A DNA stretch of 64,000 bases from NCBI GenBank assembly GCA_963845065.1, contig CAWJQQ010000009.1, positions 96,001-160,000 on the forward strand, read 5' to 3'. Every line of letters begins with the position of its first letter. Position 1 is the first letter of the stretch. Of the stretch, positions 29,465-42,139 are shown piece after piece. The position numbers and the translations under genes are program-made. The DNA comes from Nitrospirota bacterium. Its GTDB lineage: Bacteria > Nitrospirota > UBA9217. The notes under the pieces were generated by a model. The model ran no database searches. It worked only from the letters and a program-made list of their open reading frames with translations, and had not been told where the DNA came from.

Positions 29465-32400
29465 TTATAATCCCAGCGTAAAATATACCGTTGCGCCTTT
29501 GCTGACTTCCCCCTCTGCCCAGACCGCACCGCCGTGGCGGCGGATAATGCGTTCGACGATGGCAAGACCGATTCCCGTACCCTCAAACTCCTTCTCCGTA
29601 TGCAGCCGCTGGAACGGGCGGAACATCTTGTCCGCGTAGGTCTGGTCGAACCCCGCGCCGTTGTCCTTGACGAAGTAAACAGTCTTCCCTTCTTTTTTGA
29701 AAGCACCCAATTCTAATCGGGCATCCGCAGTCTTCGAGGTGAACTTCCAGGCATTTTCGATCAGGTTCGTGAGCACGACTCTGATCAGGTTCGGGTCCAC
29801 GGTAGCGCGCAGGCCTTCGGCGATCATGACCTCAATGTTCCTGCCGGGATGGGCCTCGCGAAGGCCTGCAATAATCGATGCAGCCAATTTGCTGAGGTCG
29901 ACCTCAAAGCAGTCTATCTCCTGACGCGAAATCTTTGATAATCGCAGGAGGTCGTCGATGAGCTCAGTCATTTTCTCCGATGCGTTGTTTATGCGCACTA
30001 AATAGTCCTTGGGCTGGTTTTCCAGTTTATTGCCGTAATCCTCGATTAGGATTTTGGAGAAACCAGCCATGGTGCGGAGCGGGGCACGCAGATCATGAGA
30101 TACCGAGTAGATGAAGGCTTCAAGCTCTTTGTTGATCGTTTCCAGTTCATCGGTCCGGTTGCGCAACGCCTCTACGGCCCGCTTGTACCCGCTGATATCA
30201 TTGAAAACAATTGCGACATGCCGGTCTTCCGGCTTACCAACGCGATATGCATAAACATCGTACCATCGATTTAATGCTTTGGCTTCGTTTTCAAAATGCG
30301 CCGGTTCACCCGTCAACGCGATTTTCCCATATATCTCAAACCAATGCGCCTCATGAGCCGGCGCAAGCTCGCGCATTCGTTTCCCTTCCGCTTCATGCAG
30401 CCCGGTTTGCTTTTCAAACGCTGCGTTGACCTCCAGGAAGCGGTAATCAACAGGCCTGCCCCCAGCGTCAAAAATCATCTCGATGATGCAAAACCCTTCC
30501 TCCATCGCGTTAAATAAATTGTGATACCGCTCCTCACTCTCCCGCAGTGCCTCCTCTATCCGCTTGCGGGCAGTGATATCGTGTGCAATCTTTGATGCGC
30601 CAGTAATTTTGCCGTTTGTATCCTTGATAGCTGAGAATGTCAGTGACACAGGAATAATCGTTCCGTCTTTCCGCATACGCTCAGTTTCGAAATTCTCGAC
30701 ATGTCCTCCCTGCTTGATCCTTGCAAGAATTTCGGGAACCTCATCGGCAGACCCAGGCGGCACTCAGAAGAGAAATAGGCTTTCCGATTACTTCCTCCGC
30801 CTTGTATCCGAAGATATTTTCAGCCCCCACATTCCATGTCTGGATAATGCCATTCAGATCCTTGCCGATGATCGCATCTTCCGCGCTGTCAATGATTGCC
30901 GCCAGACGGCCCTGTGCCTCTTCCGCTTTCTTGCGTTCAGTAATGACATCGAATACGGCCACGAAGAATTCTTTCTCCGGACTGTACACGGAGATGGAGA
31001 ACCACATCTTCAGCGCCTCGACGAACATTTCGAATCTCTCGGGCTTGCCAGTGAGGGATACTCTGCCGTAAATCTCAAAAAGTTCCGGATCTGCGTCCCG
31101 GATGCCTGGAATGACTTCTGTAACTCTCTTCCCTACGACATCTTTCAATCCCGTCAACGTCTCAAAAGCATGATTGACCGAGAGATAGATGAAGTCCTGC
31201 GGTTTCCCATTCTCGAAGATCATCTTGCAGTAGGCAAATCCTTCGATCATATTCTCGAATAATCCGCGGTAACGTGCCTCGCTCTCGCGCACCGCTTCCT
31301 CTGCCTGCTTCCTCGTAGAGATATCGGTATTAGTGCCGAACCATCGCAGGACCAGGCCAGACGAATCCTTCAGCGGCATCACACGCGTCAGGAAAGGTCG
31401 GAATACCCCGTCGGATCCACGTAGTGGTAATTCCATGTCAAACGGCTCACCAGTGGCGATCGACGTCTTCCACCGCTCCAGGACCTTCGGCAGCACCTTC
31501 GGGTCGTGTACGCTCTGCCAGCCCCAGCCTTCCATCTGCTCCGGTGTAGTGCCAGTGTAATCATACCAGCGCCGGTTGTACCATGTGATGTAACCGTCGC
31601 CGTTTGCCCACCACGCAAGGTTGGGGATGGAATCAGCCAGAGAGCGGAACTGTCCCTCTGCTCGTTTGAGTTCGGTAACGTCATTGTAGGTGACGACGAC
31701 ACCCTCGATGCGATTGTTTGCGGTGCGGTAGGGAAGGATCGTTCGGACATACCATATACCTCTTATTTCAAGTTCCCGCCGCGACGGCGTAAGCTCTTTT
31801 AGGACGGACTGGGCGTCGGAAGTGAGGTCTGGCCCAAGATTTTCCTGGGACATGTCCACAATAGGTCTGCCAACGTCGGAGGGAAGGAGCTTGATGAGCT
31901 TAAGCATCGCGGGTGTAAAGCGCTTAACATGGAAGTGCATATCCAGAAAGATCATCGGGATGTTCGTGCTCGCCTGGAAGTTATTCAAGTCATTATTGGT
32001 GGTATCTTGCTCCTCGATCTTCCCCTGGAGCTGCGAGTTTACCGTAATCAGCTCTTCGTTCAACGACTGGAGTTCTTCGCGGGAGGTCTCAAGCTCTTCG
32101 TTTGCCGCCTTCAATTCCTCGTTCGAGGACTGGAACTCTTCGTTCATGCTCTTTAACTGCTCAATATGGCTCTGAAGGTCGGCACGCGTTGCTATGAGTT
32201 CGTTTTCGAGCTGGTGGATCGCTGTCTCCTCAATCACGGCTGTATCGACTTGCTCGGTTGCCTCTTCCTTTGATGAGACGCCCTTCTCCTGAAAAACTAC
32301 GATGTACAGGTTTTCCTGCGCCTTCGTGATCTGGAGTGATATTTGTCTTTTGCAGTTGTCGTCATCGGCCACGCTGGTGCGGATAACTACCGGCCTTTCT

Positions 32401-34145
32401 TCGCGACCCGACTGGTAAATCGCCCCGCGTATCCTGTTTCTGAGGTTCTCAGGCAAAAGTTCTAGAAGGTTCTGGGTCGGCACGCCTCGTGGCTGACTAA
32501 GATACCGTTTCGTGGGGCCGTTGTGATAGATAATCTCGCAATTCTGGTTTATGGCCACGGCAGCGGGCCCATATACTTCAAGCAGTTTTTCCTGGATGAT
32601 TTCCATGATAGACCGGGGCTGTTCTGGCGTTTGTGCCTGTTTGGCAGTCGGCACCTGACGTTCCGTTGTGTAAGGGACTGAGATAGACAGTCTTGAAACG
32701 TGTTTCGTCTCGAGTTTCTGGTAAATGCGGCATTGTTTGTGACCGATGCTCTTAAATAGTGAGCTCTTTCTGCCCACAGTCTCAGCGTTCCCAAGGAAGA
32801 GGTAGCCGCCCTCTTTGAGCGCGTAGTGAAAGAAGGTTATACTTTTTTCCTGGGCCTCGGGTTCCAGGTAGATAAGGAAGTTACGGCAGATGATAAGATC
32901 GAGCTTGGAGAACGGGGGGTCGGTCAAAAGGTCCTGCTTGGCGAAGACCACGCATTCCCGGACTTCCTTGTTTATTAAGAGGAAGTTGCCATCATCGGTT
33001 GACGTGAAGTACTTCTGTACATACTCTTGCGGCACGTCCGCGGTAATGCTCGATGGATACTTGCCCTCGCGCGCATGATCCAGCGCTCGGTCGTTGACGT
33101 CCGACGCAAAGACCTGGATATCCTGTTTTTTCCCGGCGGGAGCGAGTTCCCGTAGAAGCATCATGGCTATGGAGTATGCTTCCTCACCCGTGGCACTTGC
33201 AGGGGTCCAGACACGGATGGGAAGGTTAGTGTTTTCAGACGTGATCTTTCGGATTGCCTCCAGGTGCAGGGCCTTCCATGCGGCCTGGTCGCGGAAAAAC
33301 GAGGTGACGCCGATCATGAGGTCGGACGCGAGGTGGGCAGCCTCGGTTTCGCTTGTTGTGATGAGGTCCAGGTAATCTTTGACCGTGGAGAGCCCGTGAA
33401 GGTACATTCGCCTTCTTATCCTTCGGCTAACCACGCTTTTTTTATAATTTTTGAAGCGCGAGCCTGTCTTATCCTGGAGTATACGGAAGAAGGCGTCGAA
33501 CTCTTCCGTAGTAATGAGGTATTCGCGGTTCACAGCAGCTTGGCTGATTCCTTGGAGCTTGAGTAGCTCCGCGGCTATGTCCTCGGGCGAGAGCACGGCA
33601 TCTGCCTGGCCCGTTGCAATGGCGGCGAGCGGCATACTGTTAAATTCTGCGGTCTGTGGATCCTGGATGAATACCATACCGCCCGCAGCGCGGACGGCCT
33701 GGCAACCCCTCGCCCCGTCGGTCCCCGCGCCGGAAAAGATCACGGCGATGGAACGGTCGCCCGCATCTTCTGCAAGGGAAGTGAGAAATTCATCGATCGG
33801 CAGGTGGATGAGCCCTTCGGTATGCTGCGTCGTCTGGAAGAGACCGTTTCGGAGGCGGACCTCCTTGCCCGGTGGGGATAAGTACAGTCTTCCGGGCTGC
33901 GCCTTGAGGCCATCGGATATCTCCTGGATCACGAGAGAGGGCAGTCTGGCGGAAAGCAGTTCCTGGAGAAGGCTCTTGTGTCGCGATGAGAGGTGCTGAA
34001 TAAAGATCAGCGTGAAGTCAAAGTTCTTCGGGAGCACGAAGAGGAACCGCTGGAGCGCGTCAAGACCGCCTGCGGAAGCACCTATGCCGGCGACCGGAAA
34101 GGAAGTGCCTAAGTTCATTTTTGTCAGGGTATTATCCGATTGCAT
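29465..34145 (-). pseudogene. CheB-CheR-coiled coil-PAS-histidine kinase fusion split by a 1-bp insertion
   Basis: ORF 30741-34145 (GASAGG, QHL, GTDG; VTSFFRD, ATGEEAYS; PAS) continues in ORF 29465-30763 (PAS, SHDLRAPL, HATPase). Removing base 30764 gives ...GKPISLL-VPPGSADE... Confidence 0.88.
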
Positions 34146-34484
34146 AAAGCCTCCGGAAATGCTTGGCAGTAAGACACAAGTGTTATGAGTTTATCATAGT
34201 GATTGGGGCATGTAAACGGCATTAAGGCTATCGATTTCGATTTATGATTCAGGAGGAAATGTTTATTAAACCTTCAAATGGAATTATTCATTTTCTTGGC
34301 AATTCTAGCAGTCCGGACTGCATCTACAAGGTTCCAACGGCGACTGACAAATACAATATGCAGAATACAACTGCGAACTTAAATGATCGGGTTTAACCGC
34401 TTTGCGGAGTGCAGTGAAACGACAAAAGGAGGGTTCTCTTTACCTTTCAATAACCTTTCTTACAAGAAAGAAACATCATTAGCT

Positions 34485-36383
34485 TTACTTGTCCAGTGTT
34501 TCTCGAATCTTTATCAACAGATCTGCCGGGGAAACTGGCTTAGCGATGAATCCTGCTTCCTCCTCCGGCACACCTTCTTTAATAAAGATATCCTCAGCAT
34601 AACCACTCATAAAGATGCATTTGATACCCGGAACCATGCCTTTGATCTCTTTAAACGCTTCCTTACCGTTCATCTTGGGCATAATTCCGTCAAGAATAAC
34701 AAGTCTAATTTTGTCCTTCTCATCTTTGAACCTCGAAACGGCGTCTGCGCCGTTGACCGCCTCAATTACGGTATAGCCGGCTTCTTTCAAAACGGTTACG
34801 GTCAAATTCCGGATTGCCACATCATCTTCAGCCACAAGGATAGTTTCCGTACCGCCCCGAATGATAGAATCTTGAGTTTTTATCTTATGAACAAGCATAG
34901 CCGAGTGCACTCGAGGAAGATATATTTTCAGGGTCGTACCATTCCCGGGCTCGCTGTACGCGTTGATATACCCACTGTGTTGTTTAACAGTCCCGTATAC
35001 CATCGATAAACCCAGCCCCGTACCCCTGCCTTGCTCCTTCGTGGTATAAAACGGTTCGAAAATCCGTAATCGTGTCTGTTCATCCATACCTATTCCGGTA
35101 TCGGACACCGAGACAAGAGCATATTCACCCACTTCCCCGAAACCATGAGCTTCAATGAACTCCCGGTCCATGTCGACCTTTCTTGTCTCAATTATTAATT
35201 TCCCGCCTTGAGGCATGGCATCCCTGGCGTTCGTTACCAGGTTCATGATCACTTGCTCAATCTGCCCCCTGTCAGCCATGATGGGGAGAACGCCTCCGGT
35301 GCAAGCGGTTTCCAGAGCGATATCTTCCCTGATCAGCCTGTGGATGAACTTCTCAAAATCCTTAATTACCTGATTCAGATCGATTACGGATAGGTTGACG
35401 GCTTGCCTCCTGCTGAAGGCGAGCAAGCTCTGCGTAAGTACGGCAGCCTTGTTGGACGATTCCAGGATCTGTTCTAGATTGAGCCGAACCGGGTCCTTTG
35501 ATGATAATTTCATCAACGCAAGGTGAGAGTAGCCAATGATGGCCGTGAGGATGTTGTTGAAGTCATGTGCCACACCACCGGCAAGAAGCCCGATTGCTTC
35601 TATCTTCTGGGCATGGCGAAGCTGATCTTCCAGTATTTTCCGTTCTGTGATATCAAGAATCATGGCAAAGGAACCGAGAAAGTGATGCTCGGCATCAAAA
35701 ATCGGTGTTGCCGAAACGATGGTTTGTACAATCTGTTTGTCTTTACGGCGCCACCGACGCTCAAAATGTTCCGCATTACCTTGACGCCGATTCTCCGTCT
35801 TCTGTGCGTAGTCGGGCAGGTCCTCTTCAAACATAAAAGATTCCAATTCTCGACCGACCATTTCTTCCGCCTCATATCCCAGCATACCAGCCATTTGTGA
35901 GTTAACAAAGGTGATCTTGTCAATTTCATCCAATACGCAAATCCCCTCGTTGGCCGTGTCGACTATCTGGCGGTACTTCTCCTGGCTCTGCTGTAATGCT
36001 TTCTCCGCCAGTTTGCGCTCGGAGATATCGCGGACAGCACTACAGCAGTATTTTTTGCCTTGAATTTCAACTAATTTAACATGTGTCTCTGTAGAGAAAA
36101 CCGAACCGTCTTTTCGTATATGAGAGGATTCGAAATAAATTTCTCCTTTTTTAAATATCTCGCTTATCCTTTGAGAGAAAAGCTCGGTCTGCTCCGGTAC
36201 TAAAATCTTTGATAACTTCATCCCGAACATTTCTTCCTTTGTGTATCCTCGTGATTCATAAGCCGACTTGTTGGCAAAGATTATGCTGCCATCGAGATCG
36301 TGAATGAAAATCGAATCAGCGGACAGATCTAAAATTATAGATTGTTGTCGCAGAGAGTCGATTGTTAAGATGACAGGCAGCAT
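34485..36383 (-). CDS. PAS-PAS hybrid sensor histidine kinase with receiver domain
   Basis: Two PAS domains, [20 protein letters not shown] and a C-terminal receiver. Confidence 0.92.
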   Translation of the reverse strand: MLPVILTIDSLRQQSIILDLSADSIFIHDLDGSIIFANKSAYESRGYTKEEMFGMKLSKILVPEQTELFSQRISEIFKKGEIYFESSHIRKDGSVFSTETHVKLVEIQGKKYCCSAVRDISERKLAEKALQQSQEKYRQIVDTANEGICVLDEIDKITFVNSQMAGMLGYEAEEMVGRELESFMFEEDLPDYAQKTENRRQGNAEHFERRWRRKDKQIVQTIVSATPIFDAEHHFLGSFAMILDITERKILEDQLRHAQKIEAIGLLAGGVAHDFNNILTAIIGYSHLALMKLSSKDPVRLNLEQILESSNKAAVLTQSLLAFSRRQAVNLSVIDLNQVIKDFEKFIHRLIREDIALETACTGGVLPIMADRGQIEQVIMNLVTNARDAMPQGGKLIIETRKVDMDREFIEAHGFGEVGEYALVSVSDTGIGMDEQTRLRIFEPFYTTKEQGRGTGLGLSMVYGTVKQHSGYINAYSEPGNGTTLKIYLPRVHSAMLVHKIKTQDSIIRGGTETILVAEDDVAIRNLTVTVLKEAGYTVIEAVNGADAVSRFKDEKDKIRLVILDGIMPKMNGKEAFKEIKGMVPGIKCIFMSGYAEDIFIKEGVPEEEAGFIAKPVSPADLLIKIRETLDK

Positions 36384-36494
36384 GGAAAGTCCCCTGACAA
36401 ACTAAATATCGAACACAATAATTTAAATACGAATTTTGCCCTAACGATTTTGATAATTGCGAGATGAAACACTGACTTCGCATAAAATCGGCAA

Positions 36495-36590
36495 CCACGG
36501 CACATTTGTGTTCGATAGTGCCAGTTCCGTTAACAGGATATCGTCATAGTTGTCATCGATGATGAGGATTGTTGGTTTGAATGATAATAT
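36495..36590 (-). pseudogene. Response regulator N-terminal relic
   Basis: Reads FKPTILIIDDNYDDILLTELALS, closely matching the start of the 28961-29368 regulator. Confidence 0.65.
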
Positions 36591-36635
36591 GACTACGACA
36601 TGCCTGCCCTAGAAACATAGTGAGAGCACTGCTAA

Positions 36636-37121
36636 TCATTTTCTTTCACTTTCCGAAAGCGTAGCTTCTCCTGGGTTACTGCAAACTTCACTAGACGCTT
36701 TGCTAATATCCAACCAGCAAAGTTTAAGCTGTTTCACAGCCTCGACCAGCCCATCAAAATCCACTGTCTTTTGAATGTAACCGTTTACGTCCAGCTGGTA
36801 GCTCTCCACCCGGTCCATATCCTCTTTTGATGAGGTCAGAACAACGACAGGCAGGTGTGTCATTCTATGATCTGCGCGTATGCGGTGCAACACTTCTATC
36901 CCGTCCATTTTGGGCATTCTTAGATCGAGTAGAATGATCTCCGGTTTCTGATTGATATCCCGACCCGAGTACTTCCCGTTGCCAAAAAGATAATCGAGTG
37001 CCTCTACTCCATCTTGCACCACTATTACCTCATTTAGGATATTGTTCTTCTTGATGGCGAGTTGGGTTAGCGTCACATCGTCATCTCTGTCTTCCACTAG
37101 AAGAATGACTTTGTTTTTCAT
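36636..37121 (-). CDS. Single-domain response regulator (Rcp1-like)
   Basis: ILLVEDRDDD, DGVEALDYL, ILLDLRMPK, VLTSS and YIQK; ATG at 37121 after GGAG. Confidence 0.9.
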   Translation of the reverse strand: MKNKVILLVEDRDDDVTLTQLAIKKNNILNEVIVVQDGVEALDYLFGNGKYSGRDINQKPEIILLDLRMPKMDGIEVLHRIRADHRMTHLPVVVLTSSKEDMDRVESYQLDVNGYIQKTVDFDGLVEAVKQLKLCWLDISKASSEVCSNPGEATLSESERK

Positions 37122-37513
37122 GGCTTCTCCCAAACTAGCTCATTTTCCTCATAAATCCTCAGTGCCTTAAAGTTTAAAATCTTACACTCCTACATCAAGA
37201 GAAACTTTAAAAGCCAAAACCCAATATCGTTATGAATCAATACAATTCATATCCTGTTTTAACTATAGCATATTATCATTGCAGTTTATTGCAAAAAATA
37301 TATTTATAGTTACTAAAAAAAATTAATGATATACAATTTTAGTTTGATAAGATCGAATAGGTACTGCCCTGGACAGGATTGTTACTATCTATCATATTGA
37401 AGCTCACAATCAGTTTAAGCGTGAATATAATCCATCTGGCGAGTGGTGATAAGCGAGTGGCCGTGTTGAGCGATAGTCTTCATCTTTCTAGTTTTCACGA
37501 TTATCTTTAGGTT

Positions 37514-40500
37514 TCATCCCAGCGTGAAATAAATGGTCGCCCCTTTGCCCACTTCTCCCTCTGCCCAGACGCTTCCTTTGTGGCGGCGAATGATCCGATC
37601 GACAATCGCAAGACCAATTCCTGTGCCCTCGAACTCTTTTTCAGAGTGGATTCGCTGGAAAGGCAGAAACATCCTCTCGGCAAAGGCGGGATCGAAGCCG
37701 GCGCCATTGTCTTTGACGAAATAAACGGTCTTCGCGTCTTTTTCCGTGGCACCGAACTCGATTCGCGCATTCTCGGTCTTGGAAGTAAATTTCCATGCAT
37801 TATTAAAAAGGCTTGTAAGCGCTATCTTCATGAGGTTGGGATCAACAAAGGCGCGCAGTCCTTCCGCGATAACCACCTCGACGCTCCTCGCAGAAGCGGT
37901 ATCTCGGAAGCTGTTTACGACGGAGGACGCCAGCTTGCTCAGATCATAATCCATACGATCGAGGTCCTGCAGCGAAATGCGTGACAACCGCAGCAGATCG
38001 TCGATGAGCTGGTTCATCCGGTCCGTGCCGTTTTTGATACGGGCAAGATAGTCTTTGCCCTGCGCATCGAGCTTGTCCGGATAATCCTCGTACAGCATTT
38101 TTGAGAATCCTGTTATATGCCGAAGAGGCGCCCGCAAGTCATGCGAGACTGTGTAGGTGAAGGCGTAAAGCTCCTTGTTGACAGCGTCCAGTTCGGAGAC
38201 TTGGTGCTTTAATTGTTCGTTAAGCGCCAATATGTCGAGCTCTGCCTTCTTGCGCTCGGTGATGTCGCGTTCCGTTGTAGCAAATACCTCCACATTCTTA
38301 CCAGCATCGTCCAACAATGATGTTGCGGTCAGCCAGACATCCAATATACGACTATCCTTCGTAATGCGCTGACTCTCATAAGAAGAGACGGTTTCCCCGG
38401 CAGCTAGTCGACGTAACAAATCGGTAGTTTCGGCGATATTATCGGGAGGAGTAATGTCGCGGACGTTCATCCGCAAGGCCTCGCCCTCGCTCCACCCATA
38501 CATATTCTGCGCGCCCCGGTTCCATGTCAGGATTTTACCATCTGGATCAAACAGAAGGACTGCATCATTGGAATCCGTCACGACTGTGGCCAGTCGGCGG
38601 ATCTGCTTCTCAGCCCGCCTCAAGCGCGTTATATCGCTAAACGTAACAATAACGCCGTCAATCTTATTCCTCTGTGTGTGGTATGGCATGACGCGCACCA
38701 GGTAATGCGATCCGTCGTCATGCTGTACTTCCCGCTCGACAACATCTCCCTTGGTCACTACGGTGCGTGCAACGGACAGCAGGTTGAAGTCGGTGAAATT
38801 CATCGACAGGTCGTTGATTGACCGGCCTTTGTCCGAGGGGATCAGCTTCAAGACCTGCGTGGTCGCCGGAGTAAAGAGTTTGATTCGCAGGTCACCGTCC
38901 AGAAAAAGCGTAGCAATCTCCGTGGATTCCAGGAAATTGACAATGTCGCTATTGGCCCTATCCAATTTCTCGACCTTGTCCTGGAGTTGACTGTTTACGG
39001 TGCTCAATTCCTCATTGACCGACTGCAATTCCTCTTTGGAGGTCTCCAGCTCTTCGATCGTAGACTGCAGTTCCTCATTCGTGGATATCACTTCCTCGTT
39101 GGAGACCCGGAATTCTTCATTGGATGCCTGTAACTCCCCGATAGTGTCCTGGAGCTCCTGCCGTGTAGCCCTCAATTCATCTTCGAGCTGCTTCACCGCC
39201 GACTCGCTCTCGCCGCCTTGTATCTGCTCAGTCGCTGGCGTCGAAGGGCGGGGAATATCCTCGAAGATCACGGCAAACAGCTGTCCCGTTTCGCCCCGCT
39301 GCGAACTGGGGGCGATGGTGACGCGAACGAACGGGCTGCCTTCATCCCGTGTGATCGGAACGCTTTCCAGCATGACGGTCTTGCCATCCTGGATCGACTT
39401 GTGCAATGCAGACCGTAGTCTAGTGGAAAGTCCTTCCTTCGCCATGTCCAGCAGGTTCAGATTAGGTTCACCCGTCGGCATGTTGAGATACTTGCCGGTG
39501 CGACCATGGAACTGGAGGATCTGTCCCTTACGGTCAACCAATACGACGACGGCCGCAAAATGATTCAGGATTGCCTGTCGGATTATGTCCGCAAACGCGG
39601 CCACCGGAAGTTTGATCGCTGTTGGTATGGCAGGCGGCAATATTCTCTTCCTTCCTGGCAGAATCGGCGAATCCAGAATGATAGGGCGGGCTGGGGTAAG
39701 ACGGCGAAAAAGCCTCGCTTTTTTCGAGACAATATCGAACAGGTCGTTCAGGTTGCCGATCCCTTCAGATTTACCCAGGAATAGATACCCGCCGGGATTG
39801 AGTGCGAAGCTGAACAGCTGAATGAGTTTGGTCTGCGTGTCGGTATCCAAATAAATCAGCAGATTGCGGCAACTGATGATATCCATCTTGGAAAAGGGTG
39901 GGTCGGTAATCAAGTTTTGAGTGGCGAAGACCACAGACTTGCGAACGGGCTCGATAACCTGGTAGCCCTTATCATTTCGGATAAAGTTCTTCGATAGGCG
40001 TTCCGGCGTCACATCTACAGCAATGCTCTCCGGGTAGATGCCCAGGCGGGCGAATTCCAGTGCTTCCTCATCAATGTCCGTTGCGAATACCTGTACGGGA
40101 CAATTCTTGCGGGCCGCAGCGATTTCCTCAATCAGCAATATAACAAGAGAATACGCCTCCTCGCCGGATGCACAGCCTGTGACCCAGATTCTCAATGGCT
40201 CGCCGGTCTGTGTGGCCGCAACCAGCGGAGCAATTGCCTTCTGACGGAGTTCCTCGAACACATCTGCATCTCGGAAGAACGATGTGACGTTGATGAGCAG
40301 ATCCTTGAACAGCTGGTTTACCTCATCCGTGTCCTTCCGAAGCAAGTCATAATACCGGGCTAGGTCCGAGATTCGGTGCAGACCCATGCGGCGTTCGATG
40401 CGCCTCACGATGGCGCTCTTCTTGTAACATCTAAAATCGCTGCCCTTTTGTGCCAGCACAAGGGACAGAATATCCTGTAGGTCTCCAAGTTTTTCTTCGG

Positions 40501-41227
40501 CCTCAAGAGCAGCCGTCGATTCTCCACCTCTGACATAAGGATGCCGTAGGTAGTTCAGAAGAACTTCGGGCATGCGGTCCGGCGAAAGGACAAAATCCAC
40601 CAGCCCTGTAGCGACTGCGCTGCGAGGCATATCGCTGAATTGGGCGGTCTGAGGGTCCTGAGCGATGGACAGCCCTCCGGAGCCACGGATCGCTCGAACT
40701 CCGAGGGTCCCGTCCGAGCCGGCACCAGAGAGGAGAACGCAGATCGCTCGTTCCTGACGGTCCCCAGCCAAAGAGCGGAAGAAAAAGTCGATAGGCATCC
40801 GAATGCCATCATGGGTGACAGGATCGGTCAAATACAGGACTCCTCCGCGGCTCTGCAGGTACTGATTGGGCGGAATGACGTAGACGCAGTTGGGCTCAAC
40901 CGGTAATGCATCGCGGGCTTGAACGACTCTCATGGGCGTGTGCTGGGCCAGGATTTCCGCCAGCAAGCTCTCATGCGTGGGAGCTAAATGCTGAATAACA
41001 ACGAAGGCAGCCCCGCTGTCAGCGGGCATATTCGTGAAGAAGGTTTTAAAGGCCTCCAGAGAGCCGGCCGACCCACCCATGCCGACCACCGGGATGGCCG
41101 AAGGGCTACTTGCAGGTCCAGCGGCTTCCTTTTCAGGCTCGGTCAGGTTGTGAGACTCATCTCCGGACCGGAGTATACCTGACTGTGGCGACTGTTTAGT
41201 AGACTGCTGTTTAGTCTTTTTTGTCAT
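37514..41227 (-). CDS. CheB-CheR-coiled coil-PAS-histidine kinase fusion (intact)
   Basis: GGSAGS, QHL, GSDG; VTSFFRD, CASGEEAYS, SCRNLLIY; NEELQS repeats; SHDLRAPL; GTGIGL. Confidence 0.93.
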   Translation of the reverse strand: MTKKTKQQSTKQSPQSGILRSGDESHNLTEPEKEAAGPASSPSAIPVVGMGGSAGSLEAFKTFFTNMPADSGAAFVVIQHLAPTHESLLAEILAQHTPMRVVQARDALPVEPNCVYVIPPNQYLQSRGGVLYLTDPVTHDGIRMPIDFFFRSLAGDRQERAICVLLSGAGSDGTLGVRAIRGSGGLSIAQDPQTAQFSDMPRSAVATGLVDFVLSPDRMPEVLLNYLRHPYVRGGESTAALEAEEKLGDLQDILSLVLAQKGSDFRCYKKSAIVRRIERRMGLHRISDLARYYDLLRKDTDEVNQLFKDLLINVTSFFRDADVFEELRQKAIAPLVAATQTGEPLRIWVTGCASGEEAYSLVILLIEEIAAARKNCPVQVFATDIDEEALEFARLGIYPESIAVDVTPERLSKNFIRNDKGYQVIEPVRKSVVFATQNLITDPPFSKMDIISCRNLLIYLDTDTQTKLIQLFSFALNPGGYLFLGKSEGIGNLNDLFDIVSKKARLFRRLTPARPIILDSPILPGRKRILPPAIPTAIKLPVAAFADIIRQAILNHFAAVVVLVDRKGQILQFHGRTGKYLNMPTGEPNLNLLDMAKEGLSTRLRSALHKSIQDGKTVMLESVPITRDEGSPFVRVTIAPSSQRGETGQLFAVIFEDIPRPSTPATEQIQGGESESAVKQLEDELRATRQELQDTIGELQASNEEFRVSNEEVISTNEELQSTIEELETSKEELQSVNEELSTVNSQLQDKVEKLDRANSDIVNFLESTEIATLFLDGDLRIKLFTPATTQVLKLIPSDKGRSINDLSMNFTDFNLLSVARTVVTKGDVVEREVQHDDGSHYLVRVMPYHTQRNKIDGVIVTFSDITRLRRAEKQIRRLATVVTDSNDAVLLFDPDGKILTWNRGAQNMYGWSEGEALRMNVRDITPPDNIAETTDLLRRLAAGETVSSYESQRITKDSRILDVWLTATSLLDDAGKNVEVFATTERDITERKKAELDILALNEQLKHQVSELDAVNKELYAFTYTVSHDLRAPLRHITGFSKMLYEDYPDKLDAQGKDYLARIKNGTDRMNQLIDDLLRLSRISLQDLDRMDYDLSKLASSVVNSFRDTASARSVEVVIAEGLRAFVDPNLMKIALTSLFNNAWKFTSKTENARIEFGATEKDAKTVYFVKDNGAGFDPAFAERMFLPFQRIHSEKEFEGTGIGLAIVDRIIRRHKGSVWAEGEVGKGATIYFTLG

Positions 41228-41470
41228 ATCATCAGTTGATGTGGACAGTGAAAAGGCACCTATCTAATAATAGTATATCTCACCAACATATCAATATAAG
41301 GGAGAGATATAATAAAGCTCTTCGAGACTACATAGACGACTATAAGGTTTCGGTCATCACAGAATAATTGACCTGGCCCAATCATTGTCCAGGTGGAGAG
41401 TTAGAGTTTTGGTTGGATGGCTGCTGGGGCCGTGGGCAGGTCATCCGAGCTGATGCTTTTAACATTTAGA

Positions 41471-41908
41471 TTAATTTTTCACCCACTCGGAAAGGATATG
41501 ACTTAGGATAAAAATACTCGCAAGAACAAACAGAAAAGATATGATTTCAAGAAACAAAAAGGTATTCCAATTATACGAACGAGCGGATTTGCCTGTACTA
41601 TCGGAAAGGGTGAGCTTGCTAGAAGATATTGCTAAACCTCTTGTGCTTTTTTTCATCCAGATTGTGCACCCGCAAAAGTATAGCGGTAAAATGATGAAAA
41701 AAAATAGCGGTAGGCTCAGAAACATGGAAACGGTGATAACTAATGGTATACAAATTAGTAAGAGTCGCTTTATAGTAAGTCGAAACCAGTCTTTTCTATC
41801 ATCGGGAACAATATATCCTTTGCCGAATATCCATAAAGGATAAAATATTGTATTCCCTTTTTCATTAGTTTTAAATGAAGCATTAGTGAGCCCGTCAAGG
41901 AATCCCAT
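41471..41908 (-). CDS. Hypothetical membrane protein (possibly C-terminally truncated)
   Basis: MGFLDGLTNASFK... with three hydrophobic segments; AT-rich. Confidence 0.6.
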   Translation of the reverse strand: MGFLDGLTNASFKTNEKGNTIFYPLWIFGKGYIVPDDRKDWFRLTIKRLLLICIPLVITVSMFLSLPLFFFIILPLYFCGCTIWMKKSTRGLAISSSKLTLSDSTGKSARSYNWNTFLFLEIISFLFVLASIFILSHILSEWVKN

Positions 41909-42139
41909 GTTATACCTTATGTTAACGTTGAAAATATTAAGCAGGTCTGACCAATCACGCCAATTGTATAGTTTGTAAAGTAAGGCCAATATGGCCTGCT
42001 ATTTACGAATATATGCCTGATGGACTACGATGTCAACGATTTCGAATGGATTTGTTGTGGCAAAGTAGAAATGATAATCATATAAAGGGCACCTCCGAGC
42101 ATAGCAGAATCGTAAGATTCTGTTATGCTCATAGGAAAA

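Noticed and set aside
41400..41465. Hairpin flanked by GTTAGAG and TTTTAAC resembling attC
   Set aside because: The core sites are in the wrong order for an attC.
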